The notes under the pieces were generated by a model. It saw nothing but the letters and a program-made list of their open reading frames with translations. It was not told the DNA's origin and ran no database searches. Made by a program: the position numbers and the translations under genes. This document shows positions 50,640 to 63,899 of a stretch of DNA of 64,000 bases, one piece after another. Source of the DNA: Macrostomum hystrix (taxonomy: Eukaryota; Animalia; Platyhelminthes). Location of the stretch: NCBI GenBank assembly GCA_950097015.1, contig CATNEN010000003.1, forward strand, positions 14,260,001 through 14,324,000, written 5' to 3'. The stretch's first letter is position 1; each line of letters opens with the position of its first letter.

Positions 50640-50745
50640 AGAGGGAGTGACACGCCCGTTAGTAGCAACCTCACAACAGTACGAATTTGGCCCTTGGGGG
50701 GAGGGGTTTGGACAGCTCGCCTTGGCAACCGATAGCCAATAGGTT
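50640..50745. promoter_or_regulatory. Candidate promoter/enhancer motif cluster
   Basis: CACGCCC (Sp/KLF) 50651, GTTAGTAGCAAC 50658, GGGGGAGGGG ~50697, CTCGCCTTGGCAAC X-box-like 50716, CCAAT 50736, in a GC-richer unique island. Confidence 0.35.
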
Positions 50746-51087
50746 AGATCGCATTCGGAGGCTGTTGATGGAGATAGATGATGGAGAGTTTCCACGATCC
50801 CACATCATGAATACAGATGCCTCCGTTTAAGGATTAATTAGTGAGTGGCACTCTGCAAAGGCATTTGTCTATTCTTGAGTTGCTATGCGCATTCTCTCTC
50901 CAATAAAGTATGGCCTGCGTGCCTTTTTGACACGCGGCATAGACGTGTAGACCACTTGGTCTCAGCTTCATTGTTCTCTGGAGATCGAGTCTAGCTAGAC
51001 CGCTGCTTTGAACTGCTTGGCCAGTTTGAATTCCGGGAAATTCCAGTTGAGGGTCGCAGAATAACAGAGCATTTCAAGCGCTAAAAC

Positions 51088-51617
51088 AATGAGACAGGAG
51101 AAAGATAAGACACGAGAGGGATAAGACACGGGAGAGATAAGACACGGGGGAGATGAGACATGATAGAGATGAGACATGATAGAGATGAGACACGGGAGAG
51201 AAGAGACACAGGAGAGATGAGACAGGGAGAGATGAGACAGCGGAGAGATGAGACAGGGAAGAGATGAGACAAGGGAGAGATGAGACAGGGGATAGATGAG
51301 ACACGGGAGAGATGAGACACGGGAGAGATGAGACAGGGGAGAGATGAGACAGGGAAGAGATAAAACAGCCGAAAGATATGACATGGGCAAGATGAGACAT
51401 GAGAGAGATGAGACAGGGGAGAGAAGAGACGGGAGAGAAGAGACAGGGGAGAGATGAGACAGGGGAGAGAAGAGACGGGAGAGAAGAGACAGGGGAGAGA
51501 TGGGACAGGGGAGAGAAGGGACAGGGGAGAGATGAGACAGGGGAGAGATGAGACAGGGGAGAGATGAGACACGGGAGAGATGAGACACGGGAGAGATGAG
51601 ACACGGGAGAGATGATA
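51088..51617. repeat. Second, more degenerate array of the 16-bp GGAGAGATGAGACAC family
   Basis: Same unit as 6817-8132; no hAT ends recognisable around it. Confidence 0.93.
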
Positions 51618-51834
51618 CATTGGGCCTGAGTGTTTGAGGCCGGAAGAGAATCGGTAAATAAAAGTAAGGCCTTTCGAACAATTCTGAATTATCCCTACCT
51701 CCCCAGGTGTGATAAAAATAGTCAAGCTGTTTTTGTTTTACTCAGGTGTGCTAAAATGACTATATCAGAAAATATTTGCTGCTTTTTCGGCATTTTAGGA
51801 GCTTCACAAAAGCCAAGATTTTTTTTGGAGACAC

Positions 51835-52320
51835 AATCCTGTCTTTAAGGTGGATAATCCTGTCTTCGAGGTGGATAATCCTGACTTTGAGGTGGACAAT
51901 CCTGACTTTGAGGTGGATAATCCTGACTTTGAGGTGGATAATCCTGACTTTGAGGTGGATAATCCTGTCTTTGAGGTGGACAATCCTGACTTTGAGGTGG
52001 ATAATCCTGTCTTTGAGGTGGATAATCCTGTCTTTGAGGTGGACAATCCTGACTTTGAGGTGGACAATCCTAACTTTGAGGTGGACAATCCTGACTTTGA
52101 GGTGGATAATCCTGCATTTGAGGTGGACAATCCTGACTTTGAGGTGGATAATCCTGTCTTTCAGGTGGATAATCCTGACTTTGAGGTGGATAATCCTGTC
52201 TTTGAGGTGGATAATCCTGTCTTTGAGGTGGATGATCCTGACTTTGAGGTGGACAATCCTGCCTTTGAGTTGACAATCCTGTCTTTGAGGTGGATAATCC
52301 TGTCTTTGAGGTGGACAATC
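51835..52320. repeat. 21-bp array GAGGTGGATAATCCTGACTTT
   Basis: ~23 copies. Confidence 0.96.
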
Positions 52321-52939
52321 GTGTCTATTAGTCTATCTGTCTTTAAACTGCCTAACTTTATAAATTCCCTATTGAGTATTGGGATCATTGAATTGTTAAA
52401 AACGAATAATATAATATTAAGAACGGATAAACACTTTTAAATAAACACGAAATACAGACCTGTTTTACTTTTCAGATTGGTTATGTTTGGCTGTTAGAAC
52501 AACACAATACAGAATTTCAGCGTACCAAAAACAAAATAGTTATAAGTGTAGCAATTTTTATTGCGCAGTTTTAACTAAATCTTTCATTCTTAATTCTCAG
52601 GAAAAGCGATAGACACAGAGAGAGTTAGGGAGAGAGAAAAACACTGACTGCATGAATTATAAATAAATTCGGTCTCTTCTGCTAAATTTGACAGTACATT
52701 AAAGTGCAAGAGTTTGAGAGCGAGCGAATGAGTAAACAGAGGAGCCACAGTACATACAAGCCCTCTCTGTGGCTTTGCTAACAATGTTTTTGCCTGGTTC
52801 GCCTAAGGCCTCTGGGGTGTGGCCCAATAGTGGGTATCAGGATTAGCTGCGGGCGGAGGGAAGAGATTGGGGTGGGTGTTAAGAGCGAATGTGGTCTTCT
52901 TTGGCCTATGGCTGGCTGTGAAAGCTAAGCCGGGATATT

Positions 52940-54642
52940 TGGGAATTGGGATCATTGGGAATAGGGATCATTGGGAATAGGGATCATTGGGAATAGGGAT
53001 CATTGGGAATAGGGATCATTGGGAATAGGGATCATTGGGAATAGGGATCATTGGGAATAGGGATCATTGGGAATAGGGATCATTAATAATAGGGATCATC
53101 AAGAATAGGGATCATCAAGAATAGGGATCATTGGGAATAGGGATCATTGGGAATAGGGATCATTGGGAATAGGGATCATTAATAATAGGGATCATCAAGA
53201 ATAGGGATCATCAAGAATAGGGATCATTGGGAATAGGGATCATTGGGAATAGGGATCATTGGGAATAGGGATCATTGGGAATAGGGATCATTGGGAATAG
53301 GAATCATTAATAATAGGGATCATCAAGAATACGGATCATTGGGAATAGGGATCATTGGGAATAGGGATCATTGGGAATTGGGATCATTGGGAATAGGGAT
53401 CATTGGGAATAGGGATCATTGGGAATAGGGATCATTGGGAATAGGGATCATTGGGAATATGGATCATTCAGAACTGGGATCATTGGGAATTGGGATCATT
53501 GGGAATAGGGATCATTGGGAATAGGGATCATTGGGAATAGGGATCATTGGGAATAGGGATCATTGGGAATAGGGATCATTGGGAATAGGGATCATTGGGA
53601 ATAGGGATCATTGGGAATAGGGATCATTGGGAATAGGGATCATTGGGAATAGGGATCATTGGGAATATGGATCATACAGAACTGGGATCATTGGGAATCG
53701 GGATCATTGGGAATATGGATCATTCAGAACTGGGATTATTGGGAATTGGGATCATTGGAATTGGAATCATTGGGAATTGGAATCATTGGGAATAGGGATC
53801 ATTGGGAATATGGATCATTGGGAATCGGGATCATTAACAATAGGGATCATTGGGAATAGGGATCATTGGGAATAGGGATCATTGGGAATAGGGATCATTG
53901 GGAATAGGGATCATTGGGAATAGGGATCATTGGGAATAGGGATCATTGGGAATAGGGATCATTGGGAATAGGGATCATTGGGAATAGGGATCATTGGGAA
54001 TAGGGATCATTGGGAATAGGGATCATTGGGAATAGGGATCATTGGGAATATGGATCATACAGAACTGGGATCATTGGGAATCGGGATCATTGGGAATATG
54101 GATCATTCAGAACTGGGATCATTGGGAATTGGGATCATTGGGAATTGGAATCATTGGGAATTGGGATCATTGGGAATTGGGATCATTGGGAATTGGGATC
54201 ATTGGGAATAGGGATCATTGGGAATAGGGATCGTTGGGAATAGGGATCATTGGGAATAGGAATCATTAAGAATAGGGATCATTGCGAATTGGGATCACTG
54301 GAATTGGAATCATTAGGAATTGGGATCATTGGGAATTGGGATCATTGGGAATGGGATCATTGGGAATTGGGATCATTGGGAATTGGGATCATTATGATTT
54401 ATGATCATTGGGAATTGGGATCATTGTGATTTAGGATCATTGGGAATTGGGATCATTATAATTTAGGATCATCGGGATTTGGGATAATTGTAAATTGGGA
54501 TCATTGAGAATGGAGATCATTGGGAGCTGGGATCATTGGGAATTGGGATTATTGGGAATTGGGATCTTTGGGAATTGGGATCGTTGGTGATTGGGATCAT
54601 TGGTGATTGGGATCATTGGGAATTGGGATCATTGGGAATTGG
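52940..54642. repeat. 16-bp minisatellite GGGATCATTGGGAATA
   Basis: ~105 copies. Confidence 0.98.
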
Positions 54643-54712
54643 AACAACTTTTTATGATTTACAATCGGGCTGAGGTATGAATCATGATTAGAAATGATGC
54701 ACTTTAGCTTAC

Positions 54713-54806
54713 CTTTGCATGATAAGTTTCGTACTAAGAATTCAAGTCTTTGATTAAAGCAAATCACGTTCACTCTCAAATTCCCGACGAGCAACGGCTG
54801 ACAGAT
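54713..54806 (-). other. Candidate 5' UTR exon of the PDE gene
   Basis: atctttag acceptor and AAG|gtaagc donor on -; a unique island between two arrays; the PDE start exon has an acceptor just upstream (exon start ~43520), so upstream exons are expected. Confidence 0.3.
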
Positions 54807-54984
54807 CTAAAGATTCCTTGATCAAAGAAATGTTATTTTTAGTTTTAAGGACACGCGTTTTCGACTGGTAGTACTGATCTCAAGTGAAGTTCCCTGCTTG
54901 TCTTCTCTCATTCTCTTTGCTTTATCTCTCCCTCAACAGACAGTAGGGTACACATCACTCTCTTCTCGCGTCTCTCTTTTTCTC

Positions 54985-55692
54985 TATCTACCCTTCTCTC
55001 TCTACCCCACTCTCTACCCCACTCTCTACCCTTCTCTCAAGCCCACTCTCTACCCCTCTCTTAAGTCCACTCTCTACCCCTCTCTCTACCCCACTCTCTA
55101 CCCCTCTCTCTACCCCACTCTCTACCACACTCTCTACCACTCTCTCTACCCTTCTCTCTACCCCACTCTCTACCCCTCTCTCTACCCCTCTCTCTACCAC
55201 TCTCTACCACTCTCTCTACCCTTCTCTCTACCCCACTCTCTACCCCTCTCTCTACCCCTCTCTCTACCCCACTCTCTACCCTACTCTCTACCCTTCTCTC
55301 TAACCCAATCTCTACCCCCTCACTCTCTACCACTCTCTCTACCTCTCTCTCTACCCTTTTCTCTACCCCATTCTCTACCCCACTCTCTACCACTCTCTAC
55401 CCCACTCTCTACCACTCTCTACCACTCTCTACCCCACTCTCTAACCCACTCTCTACCCCACTCTCTACCCCACTCTCTACCCCACTCTCTACCACTCTCT
55501 CTACCCTTCTCTCTAACCCACTCTCTACCCCACTCTCTACCCCACTCTCTACCTCTCTCTCTACCCTACTCTCTACCCTACTCTCTACCCTACTCTCTAC
55601 CCTATTCTCTACCCTTCTCTCTAACCCACTCTCTACCCCACTCTCTACCCCACTTTCTACCTCTCTCTTCCCAAATCTATCTACCCCACTCT
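54985..55692. repeat. 12-bp array CTCTCTACCCCA
   Basis: Direct inspection. Confidence 0.96.
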
Positions 55693-56099
55693 GTCTACCT
55701 AACTATATCTACCCCAGTCTTAAATACGAGATACGTTGATAGAAATATTTTGTAAGCCGAAAGCAAATAGGACGGATAACTTCCCAAAACGTTTTCCTCC
55801 TAGTTTTTTATTTATCTTGTTTCCGTGATTGAAGATTGCTTTTTTACACGAAAAAATGTGCCCTGCATTTCTGCTAGAAAGTATTCTGTACTGAAATTTA
55901 TCAATTACCACGATGAAATATGATTAATTGACTGATAATGGCGTTGCTGTGATAAATAGGCAAGCTAATACTGATTTCTTATGTCCACATATTCCATTAT
56001 TTGTTTTTTCGCCTTGCTAGATTTTACCCATGTGGTCAGATGAGAAATTGGTATATAAGGGAATGAGGTAAAGGAATAGAGCGATGGAAAGAGATAAGA

Positions 56100-56450
56100 A
56101 AGTGGAAAGAATCGATAAAAATGAGGGAAATGGAAGAAATGAGAGAAACGAGAGGATTTGGATTAATGAGAGAAATATGATTAATGGGATAAATGGGAGG
56201 ACAATGGGAAATGGGAAAAATGGGATAAATGGGAGAAATAGGAGAAATTGGATAAATGGGAGGACAATGGGAAATGGGAAAAATGGGATAAATGGGAAAA
56301 ATGGGATAAATGGGAAAAATGGGAGAAATGTGAGAAACAAAAATAATGAGAGAAACGTGCGAGAGGATTTGGAAAATTGGGACAAAAAGGAGAAATGGGA
56401 GAAATAAAAGAATGAGAAAAAATGAAGAAATGGGGAAAATGGGAGAAACA
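56100..56450. repeat. Degenerate 9-bp purine array AAATGGGA(G/T)
   Basis: Direct inspection. Confidence 0.85.
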
Positions 56451-57022
56451 GAAAAATATATAAGTGGCTATATGGAAAAAAATGGAAAAAGTGGCTATAT
56501 TTTAGAGCGAGTTAAGTGTGGGGACAGGTGAAAAAAGTAACTTTTCCCAAAAAGCTAAAAAACCTTAAAACAATTGAAGGCCTGTTTTGCAGTCGGGATG
56601 CGAACACGGGAAACTAGGCAGTAGGGTAGGACAGCAGAAAAGCGAAAGAAAGGCTCAACTGAATAAAAGTACATGCAGTACACATTTAAAGGATTGCAAC
56701 TCATCACTTCGCTAATTAGAAGCTGGGAGAATTTCTATGTTCACGAACATTCCGAAGCGCTCTTTTGAGTTCGACTCGACGTATAAGGTGAGACTTGGGC
56801 TAGGACTTTAGAGCTTGAATACTATTTTACCAAAAAATATTTATTTACTGCCTATAAAACGACTTAAAAATGAAAAATAAGATTAATTATTGCCGAGTCA
56901 ATCATTCCTACAAGTACTTTCTGTTGATTTGGTAGAAGGCTGGTCAGTGATTCATTAATCATTCACAAAATTGTGATTTTGTTTTGATTCTCAACAAGAT
57001 TGTGAATCATTCATTCACAATA

Positions 57023-57923
57023 CTTCAGTGGTCTATCTCCCACAATCCGTCAGTGGTCTATCTCCAACAATCCGTCAGTGGTCTATCTCCAACAATCCGT
57101 CAGTGGTCTATCTCCAACAATCCGTCAGTGGTCTATCTCCAACAATCCGTCAGTGGTCTATCTCCCGTTATCCTTCAGTGGTCTATCTCCAATTATCCTA
57201 TAGTGGTCTATCTCCCGTTATCCTTCAGTGGTCTATCTCCAACAATCCGTCAGTGGTCTATCTCCCGTTATCCTTCAGTGGTCTATCTCCCGTTATCCTT
57301 CAGTGGTCTATCTCCCATTATCCTTCAGTGGTCTATCTCCCACAATCCTTCAGTGGTCTATCTCCCATTATCCTTCAGTGGTCTATCTCCCATTATCCTT
57401 CAGTTGTCTATCTCCCATTATCCTTCAGTTGTCTATCTCCCATTATCCTTCAGTTGTCTATCTCCCATTATCCTTCAGTTGTCTATCTCCCATTATCCTT
57501 CAGTTGTCTATCTCCCATTATCCTTCAGTGGTAGCTATCTCCCATTATCCTTCAGTGGTCTATCTCCCATTATCCTTCAGTTGTCTATCTCCCATTATCA
57601 TTCAGTGGTCTATCTTCCATTATCCTATAGTGGTCTATCTCCCATTATCCTTCAGTTGTCTATCTCCCATTATCATTCAGTTGTCTATCTCCCATTATCC
57701 TTCAGTTGTCTATCTCTCATTATCCTATAGTTGTCTATCTCCCATTATCCTTCAGTTGTCTATCTCCCATTATCCTTCAGTTGTCTATCTCCCATTATCC
57801 TATAGTGGTCTATCTCCCATTATCCTTCAGTTGTCTATCTCCCACAATCCTTCCGTGATCTATCCTCCATTGTGGTCTATCCCCAATATCCTTCAGTGGT
57901 CTAAGTCCCCAAATATTTCAGTA
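57023..57923 (+). repeat. 25-bp array TCCTTCAGTGGTCTATCTCCCATTA (left arm of inverted pair)
   Basis: ~35 copies. Confidence 0.96.
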
Positions 57924-58393
57924 ACATTTCTAATAAAAAATTCTTAGCAATAAATTAATTCCTGATTTTATCTATAGTCGCATTTTCGTGAAGAACGAAT
58001 TGTTTTCTTAGTCTTACTGCATGCAGTAGCCTCATATGTATTGTGCACTTGATTCCAATAGAGATTAGTTAGTATTGACTGTGTTATAAACTTGGGTCAC
58101 TATTAGTCATTTTTGAGATAAAGTTTTTAGCCCACATAATTATAACATAATTTACAGTCATCCGGAATCTAGAAATTATAGAAATCTAAAATCTAGATAA
58201 GCTATAGCCGGCATAGATAAGAATCTGCCGCTGCCTCCACAATGGGATCAGGATCGAAACGTCAAATTCGCGAACCCTAAAAGCATTATTAATTACATTG
58301 CACTTTTATAAAATCTTTGAAATCCGCTTTTGTTCCACTTATTGTAGTGTACTGCTGTTGCCACTTACACAAGCTATTGTCAGGGGGCTTCAA

Positions 58394-59010
58394 TTACTGA
58401 GAGATAGTCTACTGAAGGATTATAAGGATAGACCACTCAAGGATAATATAGGCGATAGACCATGCACTGAAGGTTAACGGGGATAGACCACTGAAGGATA
58501 TTGGGGATAGACCTCTGAAGGATATTGGGGATAGACCTCTGAAGGATATTGGGGATAGACCACTGAAGGATATTGGGGATAGACCACTGAAGGATATTGG
58601 GGATAGACCACTGAAGGATATTGGGGATAGACCACTGAAGGATATTGGGGATAGACAACTGAAGGATATGGGGGATAGACCACTGAAGGATTATAGAAGA
58701 TTAGACCACTGAAGGATTATAGAAGATTAGACCACTGAAGGATTATAGAAGATTAGACCACTGAAGGATTATAGAAGATTAGACCACTGAAGGATTATAG
58801 AAGATTAGACCACTGAAGGATTATAGAAGATTAGACCACTGAAGGATTATAGAAGATTAGACCACTGAAGGATTATAGAAGATTAGACCACTGAAGGATT
58901 ATAGAAGATTAGACCACTGAAGGATTATAGAAGATTAGACCACTGAAGGATTATAGAAGATTAGACCACTGAGGGATTATAGAAGATTAGACCACTGAAG
59001 GATTATAGAC
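58394..59010 (-). repeat. 24/26-bp array AGACCACTGAAGGAT.. (right arm, reverse complement of 57023-57923)
   Basis: ATAGACCACTGAAGGATATTGGGG, then AGACCACTGAAGGATTATAGAAGATT units. Confidence 0.96.
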
Positions 59011-60394
59011 GATGTGCACGATACTGAAGTGAGAGTGTGCACGAATTAAGGGAAGGTGGCTTGGTTTGGGTCTGATTTTGAATCGGATTGGGTCGATTGG
59101 TTGTGTGACGTGACCAATTCCATGGGAAGGCAGAGGACCAAATGCCTACTACTAGTAGTATTTTATTTCTTACGTAAGTAGTGAAAACAACAACAACAAA
59201 CCTAAAACTATCCTGGTCAAAGCCATTATGGAGTGATGGAGTAGTTACGGAGGCATGAGGCCCGATTCTCCAATTGATAATCTAGCCATTGCCGGTAGCG
59301 GTTGCTTCTTAAGCGTGACGCGAAAAGCGGAGACATCACATTTGCTTAAAACAGATCGTACTTAACATATGTAAAGCACGATTATATTGCTAATAGGCTA
59401 TATTGCTTTAGAAAAAAACTTTTAACTCTGATATGATATGATAATTACAGTGGGCTGAAAATATGCGTTTTTTATAATAAATTATTGTAGTACGATCATG
59501 ACTTCAATCAATATAAGTAAAATATCTACAGAACTGCAACGAGAGACAAAAGAACGTCTTAAAATGTGCAGGCAAATAATCGTCTTAAAATTATAATATT
59601 TAAAATACACTCATTGTAATGACTCACTTAAAGATCATATACGCCGTGTCTTCAACTCTTAAAAAAAACAAAAAGTGGGTCTAGTGCAAGGCTAGTCGTT
59701 ACTTTCACAATCTGATAACGACATAGGTTGAATCGGGTCATTTTCAAATTCGAACTTTTTTGCATGTGATTCAAATTTGTGCATGCTTTGTATTCCAAGC
59801 TCGAGATCGCTCGCTCGGCGCTGTGGACTTAGAAAATTTCTATTTGCTATTCTGCATAGTAAAAAATCCCTGACTACGTTCAGAATGAATTAATACAACC
59901 TGAGCATATTTTGAGTTATCTATTGAATTATCTATTGTATTCACTAGTATTTGTAATAGGCCAGCCTAGGCTTGTATTAATATTCTCGTTTTTATTTATA
60001 GTCAGGCAACGAGCCTATTTATATTTATCTTTTTTAACTGATTAGCTCTCTACACCTAGTGTATATGTACTTATTGGATCTGATATGCAACCAAAAGTAC
60101 AGCCATGCCACAGCTACACACAACACACAGAACAACTAGAACTAAACACTGCACATGAATGGTCAGTTGACTCAGTCCATGGATTAGTCACATGCCCTTA
60201 TTTACCTCAGTTTAGCTAATTCTAGTCCCCAGCTTAGTAAACTGAACTGAAGCAATGCTGAGTCAAGTGTCTCACAAAAGTATATAAATTGGTCAACTGC
60301 ACTGCAGTTAAGAATTAAAGTCTTGACCTTCAAGTCTTAAATTCCTTCAAATTTTCCTTCAAATTCATTCAATCTACTTATATTGAGGATTTTT

Positions 60395-60818
60395 GGTACC
60401 TGGACACTTCATCATCTTACAACTTTGTCATCCAGATGACGATCTGTCCAATATCTCTGAGGGTAGATGACGAAGAGACTTAGACTTGTGGACACTTTGT
60501 CATCTATAAAACAAAAGTTTTCAAAGTTAGAATAGAACCACCCCTCCCCACCCCTCCTCACATCGTGTTGGCACCTATCTTTCAACTCTTATTATGAAAT
60601 CAGTTTTGACACCTCTTTTTGACAATTTAAAGTGTGAAGTGTGTTCACACCTCTGCCTCACCACTCCACCCTCACTTTATTGATGACAAACTTGATTGCT
60701 TGTTATTAGTAGATGACGAACTGACCAAACTTTAAAGCATGCCAATTGGCTGGATGATAAAGTGTCCTACCTTCCAAGTGGATGACGAAGTTGTAAGATG
60801 ACGAAGTGTCTAGGATCT
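60395..60818. mobile_element. MITE with ~36-40 bp TIRs (Mutator-like)
   Basis: Left CCTGGACACTTCATCATCTTACAACTTTGTCATCCA, right reverse complement CCTAGACACTTCGTCATCTTACAACTTCGTCATCCA (3 mismatches); flanks GGATTTTT / GGATTTTC (7/8 TSD); internal GATGACGAA subrepeats. Confidence 0.8.
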
Positions 60819-61458
60819 GGATTTTCAGATCCTCTCATAGTTATTTTCAGATGCTAAAATATGCCACAGATTGATACTATTTGTCCATTTATTCTAATCG
60901 AATAAAATATTATAAAGGGGTTTTATTAATGTCTTTTGGTGTGCTTTTGTTTTACATTGTGGTCTTTTAGTGTTTACATAGGTCATATTAATATTGTAAT
61001 AAGTTGATAGGATACTATGTATATAGTCAAGTGCTATGGCTATTAATAAATCAGATGCTAAAAGTGCTGTATTTAAATTTTGATATGCTGAGTCATTTAC
61101 AGATGCCAATATAGAAAAACGTTGTAGATTTTAAGTAGGCCTATATTTAAATACTAGAGTAGATGGTTATAGAGAAATTCTGATCTAGCAAAACATAGAT
61201 ACTTTAATATCTTACAAATGTATATTGCAAGCGGGGCTGTTCAGGTACACAGTACCACGATTACTGTCATATTTTGCCAAATGACCTGGTATACTGTAAA
61301 CATTTAGATATACAATAGCTTGCAATCAATAGACCCTGCCAGAAGTTAGTGCACATATTTTAAATGCCACATAAATAAAAAATGCTAGTTTATTTAAAGA
61401 GTCAAAATGGAAACTAAAATAATACAGATGCTTAGAACACTCATCTCTACATTTTGCG

Positions 61459-61502
61459 TTTCACTCAGCTGTTAAATAGGTAGTAGCATTAGTTTGGGTA
61501 AT
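61459..61502 (+). mobile_element. Decayed fragment of SINE family 1 body
   Basis: TTCACTCAGCTGTTAAATAGGTAGTAGCATTAGTTTGGGTAAT aligns by eye with 28516-28557. Confidence 0.45.
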
Positions 61503-63184
61503 TGATGGTTGCTGTTGGTTGTACAATGCCATTGAGGTAGGTTTGATTAGTTATATCAGTTTTTTTCTAAGAAAGCTTAATAGTTCAAGCACATTTATTT
61601 GATGTAATACAAATATTTAGAGCTGTTTGTTGCAATATTTCGTTTTGATATTATGTTAAAAAATTAATATTTAATTTGTAAAATCTGAGCATGGTTTATG
61701 AATCCTCTATCAACATATTTTGTCCCTGAACAAAACTTCAATTCCTCCCCAACCAAAACTTCATTTCTCCTACCTAAACTATATCTTCTCTATCTTTAGG
61801 TCTTGGTAAATCTTAAAGTAAGAATTAACAGCTCCATTTAAAATAATTTACAACTCATGTTTGCAATAAGAAAGCATTAGAGATTATATTTCTAATCATA
61901 CAAACATATTTTTGTTGTATAGAATTGTAAATTATTTACTTTTTTGTTGCAAAAATAATTTTCAAGTTCTTATGTATTTAATGGTTTAAGTAAATAAATT
62001 TTAAACCTAGGGAATTTTTAGCTTACTTTTTGGTTCATAGGCTTCATGCTGTTAGTCTTAATGTATCTAATGTAGTCTCTCAACTTGATTTAAATATATT
62101 TTGTTATTTTATAGCAAATTTTTACTTTGAATAGTTCAAAAACTTTTGCTACCAACTTTCTAATGTACATTCTACAATTCCTTTCAGACATTTTTTACAA
62201 ATTATATGTACCTGTACTTTCTTGTCTCATTTTCTGCCTCCTGTTTGTTCTGAGACTTACTTTCTAGCAGTACTTCATTAATTTCTTGTGCTTTATCAAT
62301 GTTGTCTTTTGTTAAACTCTCTACCTTGCATAAGTCTGTGATGTTCTCTGTAAGTCTTTTAGCGTTTTACATCGAGAGATAGCATCTTTTATAGTATATT
62401 GTTATTCTTCTTTTAAAGGTCAGCTAACTTTGAACCAAAAAGTATTTCCCATAGTTAATCTATTTACACCTTAAGTTGCATTCAATTTAATTTGTTGTGC
62501 CCGTGAATTACAATTTATGTTATTAGTCAATCCAGAATTGTAATGCTGTATATAGTTGGCATATTGCCGTGTGTTAACTTAAGATCAGGGTGTGGCCTGG
62601 CCTTAGTATGCTTGTTTGAGATTTCGAGCATAGAGCAAAGTGTGCAAACAAGAATCACATGCAAAATATCCCTTCCTCACCTAGTCTATACTTATTATTG
62701 TAGTTGTCTTTCATTTGTAACGTTGGAAAACATAGGGTGTGGATTAGTTTAATCCAAAAGTGTGCGCTCCTGTTTCCCTCTGCCCCTTCTCTGTGCCCTT
62801 GGCACATGGGTTTGTTATATAGTATTCCACAGTCTTTTCTGTGCGCCATTGTATTTTTAGTGTTTATTATCAAAGCGGATATTTGGTTCATATCTGTGTA
62901 GTCGGAAGAGGAAATACACGAAATAGATTCTATGCAGTTATTTTCGTAAATGCAGATAAGAAGCCCGGGATGCTAATGAATTATGTTTTTTTTAAAACAC
63001 GTGTGATCAAATAGCCTACTAACGAGTAGTTTCTATTGGTCACATCTAGTTTGTTATCAGTGCACAAAGCACTACTCGCAATTTCCAACGAATTTTAGTC
63101 ACTAACACCTGAAATTAAGGTATTATTTAGCCCATAGGAACTAATATAGTTAAATAGTAGTCAATATAATTTAAAGTTCAAAGA

Positions 63185-63899
63185 TTCTTATCTTCCCTGA
63201 TTCCTTAAAATCCTCATTATCCCTGATTCTTTAAGATCCTCATCTTCCCTGGTCCTTTAAACTCATCATCTGCCCTGATCATTTGAGATCCTCATCTTCC
63301 CCGATTCTCTGAGCTCATCATCTGCCCTGATCCTTTGAGATCCCCATCTTCCCTGATCCCTTGAGATCCTCATCTTCCCCGATTCTCTGAGCTCATCATC
63401 TGCCCTGATCCTTTGAGATCCCCATCTTCCCTGATCCCTTGAGATCCTCATCTTCCCCGATTCTCTGAGCTCATCATCTTCCCTGATCACTTAAGATTCT
63501 CATCTTCCATGATGCTTTGAGATCTACCCTGATCCCTTGAGATCCTCATCTTCCCTGATCCCTTGAGATCCTCTTCTTCCCTGATCCTTTGAGATCCCCT
63601 TCTTCCCTGATCCTTTGAGATCCCCTTCTTCCCTGATCCCTTGAGATCCTCTTCTTCCCTGATCCTTTGAGATCCCCTTCTTCCCTGATCCTTTGAGCTC
63701 CTCATCTTCCCTGATCCTTCGAGCTCCTCATCTTCCCTGATTCTCTGAGCTCGTCATCTGCTCTGATCCTTTGAGCTCCTAAACTTCCCTGATCCTCTGA
63801 GATCCTCATCTCCCCTGATCCTTTTAGATCTTCCCTGATCCCTTGAGATCCTCTTCTCCCATGATCTTTTGAGATCCTCATCTTCCCTGATCCCTTGAG
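63185..63899. repeat. 26-bp array GATCCTCATCTTCCCTGATCCCTTGA
   Basis: ~27 degenerate copies. Confidence 0.94.

Noticed and set aside
56720-56790. Possible plus-strand exon ending AAG|gtgaga
   Set aside because: No recognisable protein similarity or partner exons.
63185-63899. Multiple EBF-like TCCCTTGAGA sites as a COE-bound enhancer array
   Set aside because: One chance match multiplied by tandem amplification; no independent support.
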